Shown here piece by piece: positions 31,910-43,238 of a stretch of DNA of 64,000 nucleotides (the stretch's first letter is position 1; every line of letters starts with the position of its first letter). The DNA comes from Leptolyngbyaceae cyanobacterium. Its GTDB lineage: Bacteria; Cyanobacteriota; Cyanobacteriia; Phormidesmidales; Phormidesmidaceae. Position numbers and translations under genes: made by a program. The stretch spans positions 12,672 through 76,671 of the forward strand of contig JBHJJI010000110.1 of NCBI GenBank assembly GCA_050042805.1. The letters are read 5' to 3'. The notes below the pieces were generated by a model. It had not been told where the DNA came from. It was given only the letters and a program-made list of their open reading frames with translations, and ran no database searches.

Positions 31910-32014
31910 TATACCAGTTCTCAGTGATCGAACTCCCGATGCCATCTTGGCGACGCCGAGGAGCCGAGGGGCCGGGGAGCCAGATCTGTCGCCTTGTTTC
32001 AGAGCATCGGTGTT
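31910..32014 (+). mobile_element. MITE-like element, family A copy 4
   Basis: TATACCAGTTCTCAGTGATCG...AGAGCATCGGTGT. Confidence 0.8.
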
Positions 32015-32304
32015 AGAACCATCTCCGGTTTTCCACAATCTTTACGAATGGCGATCGCGGATGTCTCCAAATCGCTGGCCGGGAGGCTCAGCCCCCCTGT
32101 CGCTCTCGCTACCTAGCGTTCTTCTTCCCAGCGGGAATGAGCAGGATAACTCAGACAAAGAGCGATACACTAACCAGGTCATCCTGTTGTGCCAGCATTG
32201 ATTCAACTTCAAGACTTAGGTGGGGCGATCGCGCTGACCTGGCTAACGCGGTTAACTCAATGACGGCAAGGCGGTGGCAAATTGCATTTTGAGCCTACGA
32301 ACGC

Positions 32305-33663
32305 ATGTCATCTTCTAAGCCAACCCCGATTCTGCTGGTTACTGCCGAGCAATTACAGCAAGATTTTCCAGCAGAAAAAGGCTGGGTCGAAGCCATGGGT
32401 TTCAAGGCAGAGCCCGGTACGTTTTGCCTGCTCCCCGGCCCTGATCAACGCTTGGCAAAGGTTCTCGTCGGACGCGGCAAAACACTTGACCTCTGGCTGT
32501 TGGGCACGGCAGCTCAAAATCTGCCCGCCGGTCAGTACGTCCTGGCCAGTGAGCTAACGTCCGCTGAGGCTACCGATCTCACTTTAGGATGGCGACTCGG
32601 CCAGTATCGCTTTAATCGCTATAAGCAACCTCAACCCGGGGCGATCGCTGAGTTGGTGGTGCCCGCAGAAGCTGACCTCGCCTACATTGAGGCGGCGGTG
32701 GAAGCAACGTTTTTAGCCCGAGACTTGGTCAATACCCCCGCCAACGATATGGGCCCAGACGACTTGGCGGAGACCGCTCGCGTTTTGGCAGTCACCTATG
32801 ACGCTGACGTGACCATCACTCAGGGACCCGATTTAGAAGCCCAGAACTATCCCCTGATCTATGCGGTGGGCAAGGCCAGCACCGCTCCCCCCTGTTTGAT
32901 TGATCTGCGCTGGGGCGATGTCGACGCCCCCAAAGTCACGCTGGTGGGCAAAGGCGTGTGCTTTGACTCGGGCGGGTTAGATCTCAAACCCGCTAAAGGC
33001 ATGCTGATGATGAAAAAAGACATGGGAGGTGCGGCTCAGGTGTTAGGCGTGGCCACCATGGTCATGAAGCTCAATCTTCCGGTTTACTTGCGAGTCTTGA
33101 TTCCGGCCGTTGAGAATAGCGTCGCTGGTAACGCTATGCGCCCGTTGGATGTGCTGCCGACTCGCAAGGGCATCACTGTGGAAGTTGGCAATACCGATGC
33201 TGAGGGCCGCTTGGTTTTGGCGGATGCCCTGTGGGAAGCCAGTGGTGAGCAGCCCGAACTCTTGGTGGATTTTGCCACCCTCACGGGTGCCGCCCGTGTT
33301 GCCTTAGGCACCGAACTACCGGCCTTTTTTGGTAATCAGCCAAAAATCGTTCAAGCTTTAGAAACGGCTATGGCGGCCGCCGCCGATCCCCTGTGGAATT
33401 TGCCCCTCCACCGACCCTATCGAGATCTGCTCAGCAGCAAAGTGGCCGATATTTCCAACATCTCCAGCGGTTCTTATGGCGGCGCGATTACCGCTGCCCT
33501 ATTTCTGCAAGAATTTGTGAAAGCAGAAACCGCCTGGATTCACATCGACGTCATGGCTTGGAATATACGTAACCTGCCGGGCCGTCCCGAGGGGGGGGAA
33601 GCCATGGGGATGAGAGCCATTTTTGAGCTGATTCGACAAGAGTTTACAAAATCGACTCACTAA
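32305..33663 (+). CDS. leucyl aminopeptidase (M17)
   Basis: GKGVCFDSGG, MKKDMGGAA, NTDAEGRL, ATLTGA. Confidence 0.93.
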   Translation: MSSSKPTPILLVTAEQLQQDFPAEKGWVEAMGFKAEPGTFCLLPGPDQRLAKVLVGRGKTLDLWLLGTAAQNLPAGQYVLASELTSAEATDLTLGWRLGQYRFNRYKQPQPGAIAELVVPAEADLAYIEAAVEATFLARDLVNTPANDMGPDDLAETARVLAVTYDADVTITQGPDLEAQNYPLIYAVGKASTAPPCLIDLRWGDVDAPKVTLVGKGVCFDSGGLDLKPAKGMLMMKKDMGGAAQVLGVATMVMKLNLPVYLRVLIPAVENSVAGNAMRPLDVLPTRKGITVEVGNTDAEGRLVLADALWEASGEQPELLVDFATLTGAARVALGTELPAFFGNQPKIVQALETAMAAAADPLWNLPLHRPYRDLLSSKVADISNISSGSYGGAITAALFLQEFVKAETAWIHIDVMAWNIRNLPGRPEGGEAMGMRAIFELIRQEFTKSTH

Positions 33664-33666
33664 CCC

Positions 33667-33700
33667 AGCAAAATCATCTGGTTTTGGAGATGATTTTGCT
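33667..33700 (+). terminator. stem-loop after aminopeptidase
   Basis: AGCAAAATCATCT / AGATGATTTTGCT perfect IR. Confidence 0.65.
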
Positions 33701-33886
33701 CGCAGACCAGACCTAGTCTCAGAGACTGATTCGAGATTCTCTTAGGAGTGATCTCCTAACAGTTTAAGCAGATTAACTTGATACTGCTGAGGAATCTTAA
33801 ATCCTCTAATAATTGCGGTCGCAGAAGTTTGCACGATCTCCCTCGATTTACCCTCAAAAATCCTTTTTGTCTAACGCTAGAACGAA

Positions 33887-34711
33887 TCAGTTGTTCTGAA
33901 TCAGGTGCACATCTCTCTGTGGGAAAGGGATCGAAATGCCGGCGGCATCCAACCTTTTCTTGACATTTTCGTGAACATTAAAATAGACCGACCAGTAATC
34001 TTCTGGCTTGGCCCAGGGACGCACGGCAAAATTAACGCTACTGTCACCCAGCTCCATCACCGCGATCGTCGGGCTAGGGTCCTTTAAGACGAGCGGATCA
34101 CTCTCTAGCACCTCAGAAATCACCTGTCTCACCTGGTCAATATCGGCCTCGTAAGCGACCCCAATCACCGTATCGACTCGCAGCTTACCGCGTACTGTGT
34201 AGTTAATAATGTTGCCGCCCGTCAGACTCGAGTTTGGCACAATCACTTGCTTGTTGTCTAAGGTGGCGAGGGTCGTGGTGAAGAGCTGCATCTCAAGTAC
34301 CTCGCCCAATACGTCAGCCGCTTCGATCAGGTCTCCGACATTAAAGGGACGAAAAATAATGATCAACACTCCTGCTGCAAAATTAGCTAAAGAGCCCTGC
34401 AGGGCGAGCCCAACGGCCAAACCAGCGGCCCCCAAAATCGCAATCAAGGAAGCAGTTTGTACCCCCAGTCGATTCAAGGCCGCAATCACAGCGAAAGCGA
34501 CAACGCCATAGTAAGCCAGGTTCCCGACAAAGGAGGTCAAGGTGGAGTCAATATTGGCTTTGCTCATTAGCCCGCGTACTAACCGACGCACAAATGCAGC
34601 AATCCACTGACCAATGAAGAAAATGACGATCGCGGCCAGCAGGTTTAGGCCAAAACGGGTGATCAAATCTTGAATAACGACAAGATAGTTATTGAGGTCA
34701 AGGTCTTCCAT
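33887..34711 (-). CDS. mscS: small-conductance mechanosensitive channel
   Basis: GAAGLAVGLALQGSLANFAAG, RPFNVGD, IPFPQRDVH. Confidence 0.92.
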   Translation of the reverse strand: MEDLDLNNYLVVIQDLITRFGLNLLAAIVIFFIGQWIAAFVRRLVRGLMSKANIDSTLTSFVGNLAYYGVVAFAVIAALNRLGVQTASLIAILGAAGLAVGLALQGSLANFAAGVLIIIFRPFNVGDLIEAADVLGEVLEMQLFTTTLATLDNKQVIVPNSSLTGGNIINYTVRGKLRVDTVIGVAYEADIDQVRQVISEVLESDPLVLKDPSPTIAVMELGDSSVNFAVRPWAKPEDYWSVYFNVHENVKKRLDAAGISIPFPQRDVHLIQNN

Positions 34712-35005
34712 TTAAAAACTCCTAGGAATCATTGTTGTCAGACAGCTTACTCGCGATGCTAATGACTCATTGAGCTCGAACAACTATTTTTATTTTTCCG
34801 AATCAATATACCAGACAAATCCGGAGCGACTGTGTCAAAAACCACCGGAATGCAGCGTATTGATTCGGCGGTCACCCCTGTATTTCGGTATCCAGAGACT
34901 GTTTTTGTGGCCCCACGTGGTGAATTGTTGTCGCCGATCGCCACCGAGGGGAAGCAGGTTTGCTAGCCTAGCGTTACCGCAATCGTCCCTCACTGGCTAT
35001 CGGCT

Positions 35006-35365
35006 ATGCGTGCGCAGCAATCAGATCCTGAGACCAAGCTTGAGACCCTGAAGCTCATCATTTATTTAGTGCCGATCTTTGGCTTCTTTCCGGCGTTGTG
35101 GAGTTTGTATTTCAAGCAGGGGACGCGGCGAGAAACCACGGTTAGTAAGACGGCGGTGACCTTAGCGCTCGCTTGGGTGATTCTATCGCTGCTGACTGTA
35201 GCGGGTAGTCAGGCCGCGGATATCGTCTCTACCCGACTGCTGGTGACTAACCTACTGGCTACGACGGGATACTTTATGACCAGTTTTTGGCTGATGCTCC
35301 GCCTGTTGCAGGGAGGCAGTCCCCGCCTGCCCGGTCTCAGCAAGCTCGGCGATCGCCTGCCTTGA
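35006..35365 (+). CDS. small membrane protein
   Basis: 3 TM segments, YLVPIFGFFPALW, C-terminal RLPG motif; upstream of LCP gene. Confidence 0.75.
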   Translation: MRAQQSDPETKLETLKLIIYLVPIFGFFPALWSLYFKQGTRRETTVSKTAVTLALAWVILSLLTVAGSQAADIVSTRLLVTNLLATTGYFMTSFWLMLRLLQGGSPRLPGLSKLGDRLP

Positions 35366-35682
35366 AAAAGTGGCGACTTGTCGCAACTTTTAGATTCATC
35401 ACTACAATACGGGTGACTTCAGTGCAAAATGCCTGAGGGCAACGGGTTCATTCGCTAAAAAAGCTGTTACTATTTCAGCCACCTAAGGGGAACAGCCGGG
35501 GCGATCGCCCTTTTCCCCGATGGAAAACGTTCGGTTTCTCAAAATCGACAAGTGTGAAACAATTGTACTGTTTTTCGGGGCTGATGCTCACCCCATTGGG
35601 GTCTGGCATCTTCTATCGCCGGTCAAGGCCACTGAGTTGTGGTCTGTAACTATTGCCTAATCTCCGTGGTTTGAGGTCATTC

Positions 35683-37086
35683 GTGTCTAATAAAAAATCC
35701 TCTCGTCCGATTCGTCACTATCAGCCTCACCCGTCTGCCCAGTCACCTCGACGCTTTCGCATTCCCAAATGGTTAGGGATGGGGCTCGCGCTGGTGACCG
35801 TTGCCGGTGCTTCGGCGGTGGGCGGAGCCTTTTTGGCGGTATCCCTCAACAGCACGCCGCTGCTACACGGCAGTCTGACCGAAGAAGAGTCAGCTGTCTT
35901 TAATCAAGATGACCCCATCACCGAAGGCAATAGCCTGCAGGTGCCCCGCTTGACGCGCCCAGTCAATATTTTAGTTTTGGGCATGAAAGTGCTCACCACC
36001 GACGTCAATGACCTGCCCCCCGAGGCCCAGAATCTGGGCTATCACGCGCTGGTGAATTCTTTTGATGGGCTGTCAGACACGATGGTGCTGATTCGCTTTA
36101 ACCCCCATACCGATCAGCTAGTGGTGCTCTCGCTGCCGCGCGATACACGTACGCTGGTGCAGGGTCGCATGACCAAGCTCAACGAGGCCAACCAGCTAGG
36201 GGGGCCAGCACTATCAGCCCGGTCGGTGAGTGATCTGCTGGGCGGGGTCGAAATTGATCGATACGTTCGCATTAATGTTCAAGGGGTCGAAAAACTGATT
36301 GATGCGTTGGGCGGGGTTGAAGTCAATGTCCCCAAAGACATGAAGTATCAGGATGACAGTCAGCATCTCTACATCAATCTCAAGGCCGGTGAGCAGCGGT
36401 TAGATGGCAACAAGGCGCTGCAGTTTCTCCGCTTTCGGTATGACGATCATGGTGACATTGGCCGGATTCAGCGGCAGCAGATGATGATGCGAGCGGTTTT
36501 AGAGCAAGCGCTGAACCCGAAAACGAGCGCCCGGCTGCCCAAGATTTTGTCGGTTATTCAGTCCCACGTGGATACCAATCTCAGCGTTGAAGAACTGTTA
36601 GCCCTGGCTGGGTATGCCTCCAAAACGAATTCTTACAACACGCAAATGTTGATGCTGCCAGGCGATTTCAGCAGCACCAGCGATTATGAGCTGAGCTATT
36701 GGTTGCCCAATCTGCGCGAGATTGACGGCATGGTGTCAGAATATTTTGGCTATGGCACCCGTCAGGTCGCCGCGTCAGAAGACCCGCAATATTTGCGAGT
36801 GGCCATTCAAGACAGCACCGGCGATGCGATCGCGGTGGATAGCCTGGTACAGACCTTATATGACAGTGGCTATTACAACGTCTATGTCGAAGACGATTGG
36901 AATGAAGAATTGCCCATCACCCGCGTCGTCGCTCAAAATGGTGATCTGGCCAGCGCTGAAACCCTGCAGCGGTTCTTAGGCTTGGGTGAAGTTCGGGTTG
37001 AAAGCACCGGCATTCTCGACTCTGATATCACCATTCGCCTTGGCAAAGACTGGCTCGATGAGTACGGCACCAGTTCCAGCTTATAG
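35683..37086 (+). CDS. LCP (LytR-CpsA-Psr) protein with LytR C-terminal domain
   Basis: SDTM, SLPRDT, RFRYD..GDIGRIQRQQ; start probably GTG 35683. Confidence 0.92.
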   Translation: MSNKKSSRPIRHYQPHPSAQSPRRFRIPKWLGMGLALVTVAGASAVGGAFLAVSLNSTPLLHGSLTEEESAVFNQDDPITEGNSLQVPRLTRPVNILVLGMKVLTTDVNDLPPEAQNLGYHALVNSFDGLSDTMVLIRFNPHTDQLVVLSLPRDTRTLVQGRMTKLNEANQLGGPALSARSVSDLLGGVEIDRYVRINVQGVEKLIDALGGVEVNVPKDMKYQDDSQHLYINLKAGEQRLDGNKALQFLRFRYDDHGDIGRIQRQQMMMRAVLEQALNPKTSARLPKILSVIQSHVDTNLSVEELLALAGYASKTNSYNTQMLMLPGDFSSTSDYELSYWLPNLREIDGMVSEYFGYGTRQVAASEDPQYLRVAIQDSTGDAIAVDSLVQTLYDSGYYNVYVEDDWNEELPITRVVAQNGDLASAETLQRFLGLGEVRVESTGILDSDITIRLGKDWLDEYGTSSSL

Positions 37087-37095
37087 TGCATCCCC

Positions 37096-37638
37096 ATGGC
37101 AAATTCTCAAGTTCTGACCTGCCGCGTTTGTTTGGTAGACAGCGATCCGCCCATCTGGCGACGGTTTGAAGTTGACGATCGCACAGTCTTGGCCGATTTG
37201 CATCCCATTTTGCAAGCCGTGATGGGGTGGGAAGATAGTCACCTGCATCAGTTTCAAGTGAGAGGCAAGCTCTATGCGAACCCTGAGCCGATGCCGCTAG
37301 AAGGGACTTTGGATGCGACAACCAAAACCCTGGCAGATTTTAACTTTTCCCCGAAAGAAAAGTTTGCTTACACCTATGACTTTGGCGATGGCTGGCTGCA
37401 CCAGATCACCGTAGAAACGCAACAGCCAGCGACGGAATCGCTGACCTCGCCCCGTTGTCTCGCCGGTGAGCGCGCCTGTCCCCCCGAAGACAGTGGCGGT
37501 GTTTGGGGCTACGAAGGGCTGCTAGAACGGTTTAATGACCCCGAAGACCCGGAGTACGAAGAGCTGCTCGATTGGCTAGAGGACTTTGATCCCGAGAAAT
37601 TTGACCTGCAGCAGATCAACCAACGGCTGTTGGGCTAG
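37096..37638 (+). CDS. pRiA4b ORF-3 family protein
   Basis: PPIWRR, MGWEDSHLHQF, YTYDFGDGW, GERACPPEDSGG. Confidence 0.9.
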   Translation: MANSQVLTCRVCLVDSDPPIWRRFEVDDRTVLADLHPILQAVMGWEDSHLHQFQVRGKLYANPEPMPLEGTLDATTKTLADFNFSPKEKFAYTYDFGDGWLHQITVETQQPATESLTSPRCLAGERACPPEDSGGVWGYEGLLERFNDPEDPEYEELLDWLEDFDPEKFDLQQINQRLLG

Positions 37639-37763
37639 AGACTCTGCGTTTGCACCCCTTTCCCGACCAAACCGCTTGCTGTCAGAGGTTGGCTGTGTGT
37701 CACGAGTCTCCCGACTCTTGAGTGATTACCCACCTGGCACCCTAAACCGTTCCCTTGTATCTA

Positions 37764-37860
37764 TATATCAGTGATCGGACTCCCGATGCCATCTTGGCAA
37801 CGCCGGGGAGCCGAGGAGTCGAGGAGCCAGACTTGTCGCTTTGTCTCAGAGCATCAGGAT
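37764..37860 (+). mobile_element. MITE-like element, family A copy 5 (left end eroded)
   Basis: TCAGTGATCGGACTCCCGATGCCATCTTGGCAACGCCGGGGAGCC...CAGAGCATC. Confidence 0.75.
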
Positions 37861-38090
37861 GAGCCCCTCACTGAACTTACTGACACTCTCTTGCTATGCG
37901 CAAAAGTTGGCACTGGCGTTTTGAGAATTGGGACAACTGGCTTTATCCGTCATAAAATCGTGCTTGGCACTCAACGCCAGGCACCCCCACTTGCCGTAAT
38001 TGATCCGGTAACGATAGAGCCAGACCTGTAGGATTGAGGTACCTTTATCCGTGACGTGCAGTACGGTGGTGTAGGCTCGCTCGTGTAGTT

Positions 38091-39536
38091 ATGACCCCTC
38101 TGACTCAGCTGTTGAAACCGGCCTATGCGCCCTTGACCTTTTCGCTGCGATCGCTCTCGACCGCAGCGCCGCTTGTAATTGCAGACGTGTTGGGCTTGGC
38201 GATCGCCGTCTATGTCAGCGTCGTGGGTCGCCACGCCTTAGGCGGTCAGTTTGAGCCCGCCCTGTATTGGCGGCGCTGGCCCCTGCTCGGCATGGTCGTC
38301 ATTATTTATTTTTTGGCCAAGCTCTATCCGGCTGTCGGCCTCAGCCCCGTGGAAGAACTCCGGCGACTTTGCCTGTCTACCACGCTGTTTTATCTGGCGC
38401 TAGCTGCCGTCATCTTTTTGTTTCGGGAAGGCACAACTTATTCGCGAGCGATCTTTTTGGTCGCTTGGCCCCTCTCAATGGCGGGCGTTTGGCTGGCCCG
38501 GCTCGCCATGCGTCGCCTGGTAGCCCCCTGCCCCTGGTGGGGATTTCCGGTCGTGGTCATGGGCGCAGGCCGCACCGGTGAGTTAGTGATTCGGACACTG
38601 AAGCGACAGCCTGGCCTGGGGTTTAAGCCCGTTGCCGTGTTAGACGATGATCCCAAGAAACAGGGTTTTGTGGAGTCAGTACCGGTGGTGGGACGGCTCT
38701 CCGTGGCCCCCTATGTGGCCCGCGATCGCCATGTCAGCTATGCGATCGTTGCCATGCCTGGCGTTCCCCGCGATAAGCTATTGGCGATTTTGGAGCGCTA
38801 TGGTCATACGTTTCCTCATTTGCTAGTGATTCCAGACCTGTTTGGGTTTGCCAGTTTATGGGTCAGCGCCACCGACATGGGGGGCATTTTGGGGCTCGAA
38901 ATTCGGCAGCGCCTGCTGCTGCCGGGGCCACGATTTACCAAAAGCATTTTGGACTGCTGTTTAACGATTCTGCTCGGTCTGTTTGCCTTGCCGCTGTTTT
39001 TGATCATTATGGTGGCGGTCAAGCTGGATTCACCAGGGCCAATTTTCTATGGCCAACACCGCCTTGGTCGCGGGGCTCGCCCCTTTAAAGCCTGGAAATT
39101 TCGCTCTATGGTGACCAACGCCGACGAGGTTTTGCAACACCATCTGATTGCCAATCACCTCTATCGAGAAGAATGGGAAAAAGAGCGGAAGCTCAAAAGC
39201 GACCCTCGCATTACGCGAGTCGGTCGCTTGCTCAGACGCACCAGCTTAGACGAGCTGCCGCAATTGTGGAATGTCTTACGTGGCGAGATGAGTCTAGTCG
39301 GGCCGCGCCCCATCGTGGATGCCGAAGTGGCTCACTATGCTGACAAGTTCGAACTTTATAAGCGCGTACCGCCAGGGATTACTGGGCTGTGGCAAGTTTC
39401 TGGGAGAAATGACGTCACTTACTCAGAGCGGGTCAATCTAGATGCGTACTACGTGAGAAACTGGTCTGTCTGGTTAGATATCTATATTCTATTGAGAACT
39501 ATCTGGGTGGTATTGATTGGAGATGGCGCATACTGA
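38091..39536 (+). CDS. wbaP: undecaprenyl-phosphate hexose phosphotransferase (WbaP-like)
   Basis: [48 protein letters not shown]. Confidence 0.9.
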   Translation: MTPLTQLLKPAYAPLTFSLRSLSTAAPLVIADVLGLAIAVYVSVVGRHALGGQFEPALYWRRWPLLGMVVIIYFLAKLYPAVGLSPVEELRRLCLSTTLFYLALAAVIFLFREGTTYSRAIFLVAWPLSMAGVWLARLAMRRLVAPCPWWGFPVVVMGAGRTGELVIRTLKRQPGLGFKPVAVLDDDPKKQGFVESVPVVGRLSVAPYVARDRHVSYAIVAMPGVPRDKLLAILERYGHTFPHLLVIPDLFGFASLWVSATDMGGILGLEIRQRLLLPGPRFTKSILDCCLTILLGLFALPLFLIIMVAVKLDSPGPIFYGQHRLGRGARPFKAWKFRSMVTNADEVLQHHLIANHLYREEWEKERKLKSDPRITRVGRLLRRTSLDELPQLWNVLRGEMSLVGPRPIVDAEVAHYADKFELYKRVPPGITGLWQVSGRNDVTYSERVNLDAYYVRNWSVWLDIYILLRTIWVVLIGDGAY

Positions 39537-40806
39537 CGCACGATCGCATTGGTTAGATCAAGGGCCTGCATTTTGGAATGGCGTGCTGCCGGTATGTTTG
39601 TTGCTGTTGCCCTATCCATACTCGATGTTTGTGGGGCTCGTCGGCTTCTTCGTATTCGGGCTGTGGCAAAGCTACTTTTATCCTGGCGCTGTAATCAAGC
39701 TGTTGTATGACAGCGGCTTCGTCGCGGTGGGCCTATTACTCATTGTCAGTGCAGGCTTTGCGACGTTTCGAGGCGAGGCCTATTTGCAGCTCTTTCACTT
39801 TCTGCCTTTTTTCTGGTTTTGGGCCGTGTTGACGCTTTATCTGAAAAGGGCCGCCGATCCGTGGTCGCAGATCTATCGGTGGGCGCTGATATTGGTGTTG
39901 ACGGCGATACCGGTCAACCTGATCGGCATTGTTGAATACGTCCTCAAGATTAACTATCCGGGAATTTTCGCGACTTATCTGCCCTGGGTGGATTGGCTCT
40001 ATCTCGGTGACCTGCATGTTCCCCGAGCTTTTTCAGTGTTTGATTATCCCAACACGTTAGCCAGCTATCTGGTGATGGTGTTGGGGCTAAACCTCGGCCT
40101 GCTATTTGCCGGTCAGAGGCAAACCGTCAACCCGCAACAGCCACTTTGGTATCGTTATGTGTTGGGGGCCAATCTGCTGTTAACGCTGATGTGTCTGTTT
40201 GCTTCGGGCTCGCGCAATGGGTATTTAGTGGCGATTTTGCTGCTGCTGGTCGGCTTTGTTGGGGCGCGCACCAATCGGTGGGTCAGATCGCTCGGTCTAG
40301 CCGGTTTTGCCATTATCGTCTTTACTACAATGCGCTTTGGTATGGCCGGGCGATCGCTCTCCTGGAGCTGGGTGACCGATGACCCGCGCGTGCATGTGTG
40401 GGGGTTAGCGATGCGAATGATTCGCGATCGCCCGCTTGTGGGGTACGGCCTGGGTAACTATAAGCTGCTCTACAACGGTGAAGTGCCCGGCTACGCCTAC
40501 ATTGCCCATGCCCACAACTTTTGGTTAACGTTGGCGTCAGAGGCGGGGTTGCCAGTCATGCTGTTATTCACCGCTGCAGTGGGCCTGATTGTTTATCGCG
40601 GCTACTGGGCTCTGCTCAGCATAAAAAAACACGCCTCGTATTACAGCGTGTTTATGGGATATCATCTCAGCTTTTTGGCGATTGTGCTGTTTTCACTGGT
40701 CGACATCACGCTATTTGAAGCGCGCGTCAATCTGCTCGCTTGGCTGAGCTTAGCCGTCATTGCCGCTGGCCCAGAACTCAGCCAGGCCCTCAAGCGTCAA
40801 CCCTAG
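39523..40806 (+). CDS. O-antigen ligase / Wzy-like membrane protein
   Basis: PNTLASY, SGSRNG, GYGLGN, HAHN motifs; overlaps the wbaP stop. Confidence 0.85.
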   Translation: MAHTDARSHWLDQGPAFWNGVLPVCLLLLPYPYSMFVGLVGFFVFGLWQSYFYPGAVIKLLYDSGFVAVGLLLIVSAGFATFRGEAYLQLFHFLPFFWFWAVLTLYLKRAADPWSQIYRWALILVLTAIPVNLIGIVEYVLKINYPGIFATYLPWVDWLYLGDLHVPRAFSVFDYPNTLASYLVMVLGLNLGLLFAGQRQTVNPQQPLWYRYVLGANLLLTLMCLFASGSRNGYLVAILLLLVGFVGARTNRWVRSLGLAGFAIIVFTTMRFGMAGRSLSWSWVTDDPRVHVWGLAMRMIRDRPLVGYGLGNYKLLYNGEVPGYAYIAHAHNFWLTLASEAGLPVMLLFTAAVGLIVYRGYWALLSIKKHASYYSVFMGYHLSFLAIVLFSLVDITLFEARVNLLAWLSLAVIAAGPELSQALKRQP

Positions 40807-40929
40807 GATCGGTCATCTTTAGATGATTATAGGTCGTGAAACCTGGGTTACAGGCCCTAGCGAGGGGCGTGGTGGCGGGCATGGGAATGCCTCGCCTCAG
40901 AGGTTTTGATTGTTAATTAAGGACGCGCC

Positions 40930-41031
40930 CTAAATCAGCTTGATCGCTCTCAGGCCAAAGTACAGCACCATGGCCGTGGCAAAGCCGCCACCCAACATAA
41001 TGACGAACGCGATCGCTCCACCAATACTCAT
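40930..41031 (-). CDS. petL: cytochrome b6f subunit PetL
   Basis: Manual translation MSIGGAIAFVIMLGGGFATAMVLYFGLRAIKLI; below ORF-track cutoff. Confidence 0.85.
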   Translation of the reverse strand: MSIGGAIAFVIMLGGGFATAMVLYFGLRAIKLI

Positions 41032-41510
41032 CCCAGCATCTCCTACAAAACAACAGTCGGTTGACCTCTATTCAACCATAATCGACCACCCGGCGATCGC
41101 TTAAGCGAACGACAGCAAGGTTCAACCGTCTGTGAATGATTCGCGAGTCGGCTCTCGTCACCCCATCAGGCCGGGAGGGCGATATTTTCTAAATATTGCG
41201 ATCAGGTGAGTTACGCCGCATCCCTCACTAAAATTGAGATAAATCAAGCAATTCCCATATTTAGGGAATCCTCGCCAAAATTTTACTGAAAAACTCTTTC
41301 TACAAAGTTTTATACAGACCTTCAGGGTGTTTACCCCCAGTCGATGTAGCAAGAAATAAGCTAAAAGTCCTATAGCAAGTCACTCAAGAGCGGTCTCGTC
41401 TCGTTTAGCGCTTGGCTCATCCGGCCTTGCCCCCGGCCTCACCCCCCTGAGTCGCTAAAATTATCTGTGGGTTGTTGAGGAATCAAGTCAAAGAGAGATT
41501 AACTGTGCCG

Positions 41511-43148
41511 ATGTCTGATGCCGTTGTGTTAAGTGGCCTCACTCCAATCGAGACTGAAATCGTCGCCGTTACGGTATATCCAGCGCAGGCTAGGGTCACT
41601 CGGCAGGGACAACTTGAGGTGTCACCAGGCGACCTCAGGCTGCGGGTAGATGCTTTGCCGGCAGTGCTTGAGATGGGTAGCCTGCAGATCGATACCGAGG
41701 GCACGGCACAGATCAGCCTGCAGCCGCCACACCTCACCCCCACAGCAACTGATGATGAGGGGCTACAGGGCCAGAAAGAGGCGCTCAAAGAGCAGCGACA
41801 TCAAGCTGAAGATGCTTTCCGGTGTTGCAAAGATCTGTTGTCGAGCCTCAACCATCAGCAGGCATTCCTAGAGTCATTGGCGGAGCAAACAGCCCAGAGT
41901 TTTGCCCAAGGGTTGTCCCAGCAGTCGATCACGCTCGCTAACGTGGCTGAGTTCTCAGATTTTTTTGATCAGGCCTATCAGCAGACTACGCAGGCAATCG
42001 TCGTTCAAGAGCGCCGCAAGCACCAGCTAGACCTGCAGCTGCAGCAGGCCCGCCAGCAGGAGAGGCAAGTTCAATCGGCGGCGATCGCCCCTCTTTACGA
42101 TCTGGTCATGCCGTTAACAGTGCACCAGGCGGGCCGACTCGATATTCAGATTATTTACACCGTCAATGCGGCCCAATGGCAGCCGGTGTATGAGCTGCGC
42201 CAGTCCCTCGACGAAACCTCACTGGTCATCAACAGCCTGGCTGAAATCCAGCAGAATACAGGGGAAGACTGGCATCAGGTAGCGCTTAAAGTCTCGACTG
42301 CAACCGCCGAGACGACTTTGAACGTGCCGGATATCGATCGCCTAACCGCCCCCGCGCCGTTGCCAACTTCGTTCAAAGACAAAGCACCCGGCTCAACCTC
42401 GGCGGACTCGCCCGCCGAGGTGAAATCGCGGAGTCCGGTACTGGAGGATACCTATCGCATGCTGGGGGCACTACCGGGGAGTTCGATTCCGTATGCCCAG
42501 CAGGAAGCGGCTGGGGCAAATCAGGAGTCAGGTCAGTGGGCGATCTCCCACGTGGAGTTTACGGCTCCCTTGCCAGCAACCGTCCCCAGTGATGACAGCC
42601 CTCATCAGGTGCCTGTGAGTCAACGAGAGCTGAGCAGTCAGCTCACCTATGTGGCCTTGCCGCAGCGGAGTTGTGCCTCTTATCTTTGTGCGGAACTGAT
42701 CAACACTTCTGCCGAGCCGCTATTGCCGGGTGCCGCTCACTTGTATCGCTCCGGCGGCTATTGGGGTGCGCAAACGTTGGACTATGTCGCCCCCGGCGAG
42801 GCCTTTCAACTGAGTTTGGGGTTCGATGAGCGAGTGACGGTGCACCGTCAAGGGTGGCGGCCAAAGCCCTCGTCAGAACCTGTGGGCGGCCAGCTGAGGG
42901 GCTATGAGCTGACCCTTCAAAATCCGTTTTCGTCGCCGATTGAGGTGAGGGTGATCGAACAACTGCCCGTGAATCAAAACACGGCGATCACCCCCCGCCT
43001 GATCACAGCAGAACCAGCCACAACCCTGACCAAAACCGGGCAGTGTCACTGGTCGTTGCGACTTGAAGCCCAGAGCCAAGGCCACATTCGTTACCAATAT
43101 GAAGTTGGTCAGTCAGCGCCCATCGCTGAGGCCGAATCATTCTCGTGA
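41511..43148 (+). CDS. DUF4140/DUF4139 (MuiA-like) protein
   Basis: VTVYPAQARVTR, AQWQPVYELR, QNTGEDW, LLPG, LSLGFDE. Confidence 0.85.
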   Translation: MSDAVVLSGLTPIETEIVAVTVYPAQARVTRQGQLEVSPGDLRLRVDALPAVLEMGSLQIDTEGTAQISLQPPHLTPTATDDEGLQGQKEALKEQRHQAEDAFRCCKDLLSSLNHQQAFLESLAEQTAQSFAQGLSQQSITLANVAEFSDFFDQAYQQTTQAIVVQERRKHQLDLQLQQARQQERQVQSAAIAPLYDLVMPLTVHQAGRLDIQIIYTVNAAQWQPVYELRQSLDETSLVINSLAEIQQNTGEDWHQVALKVSTATAETTLNVPDIDRLTAPAPLPTSFKDKAPGSTSADSPAEVKSRSPVLEDTYRMLGALPGSSIPYAQQEAAGANQESGQWAISHVEFTAPLPATVPSDDSPHQVPVSQRELSSQLTYVALPQRSCASYLCAELINTSAEPLLPGAAHLYRSGGYWGAQTLDYVAPGEAFQLSLGFDERVTVHRQGWRPKPSSEPVGGQLRGYELTLQNPFSSPIEVRVIEQLPVNQNTAITPRLITAEPATTLTKTGQCHWSLRLEAQSQGHIRYQYEVGQSAPIAEAESFS

Positions 43149-43238
43149 GGGCCGGTGAGTGGCGTCACTTTGCTATATGAGTCCCTCAATCTCAGCGATG
43201 GGTAGTCCCCCAATCGCCGAACTCATCACCTGGAATTT

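Noticed and set aside
37096-37638. pRiA4b ORF-3 gene as evidence of an integrated plasmid
   Set aside because: Family is commonly chromosomal; no replication or mobility genes nearby
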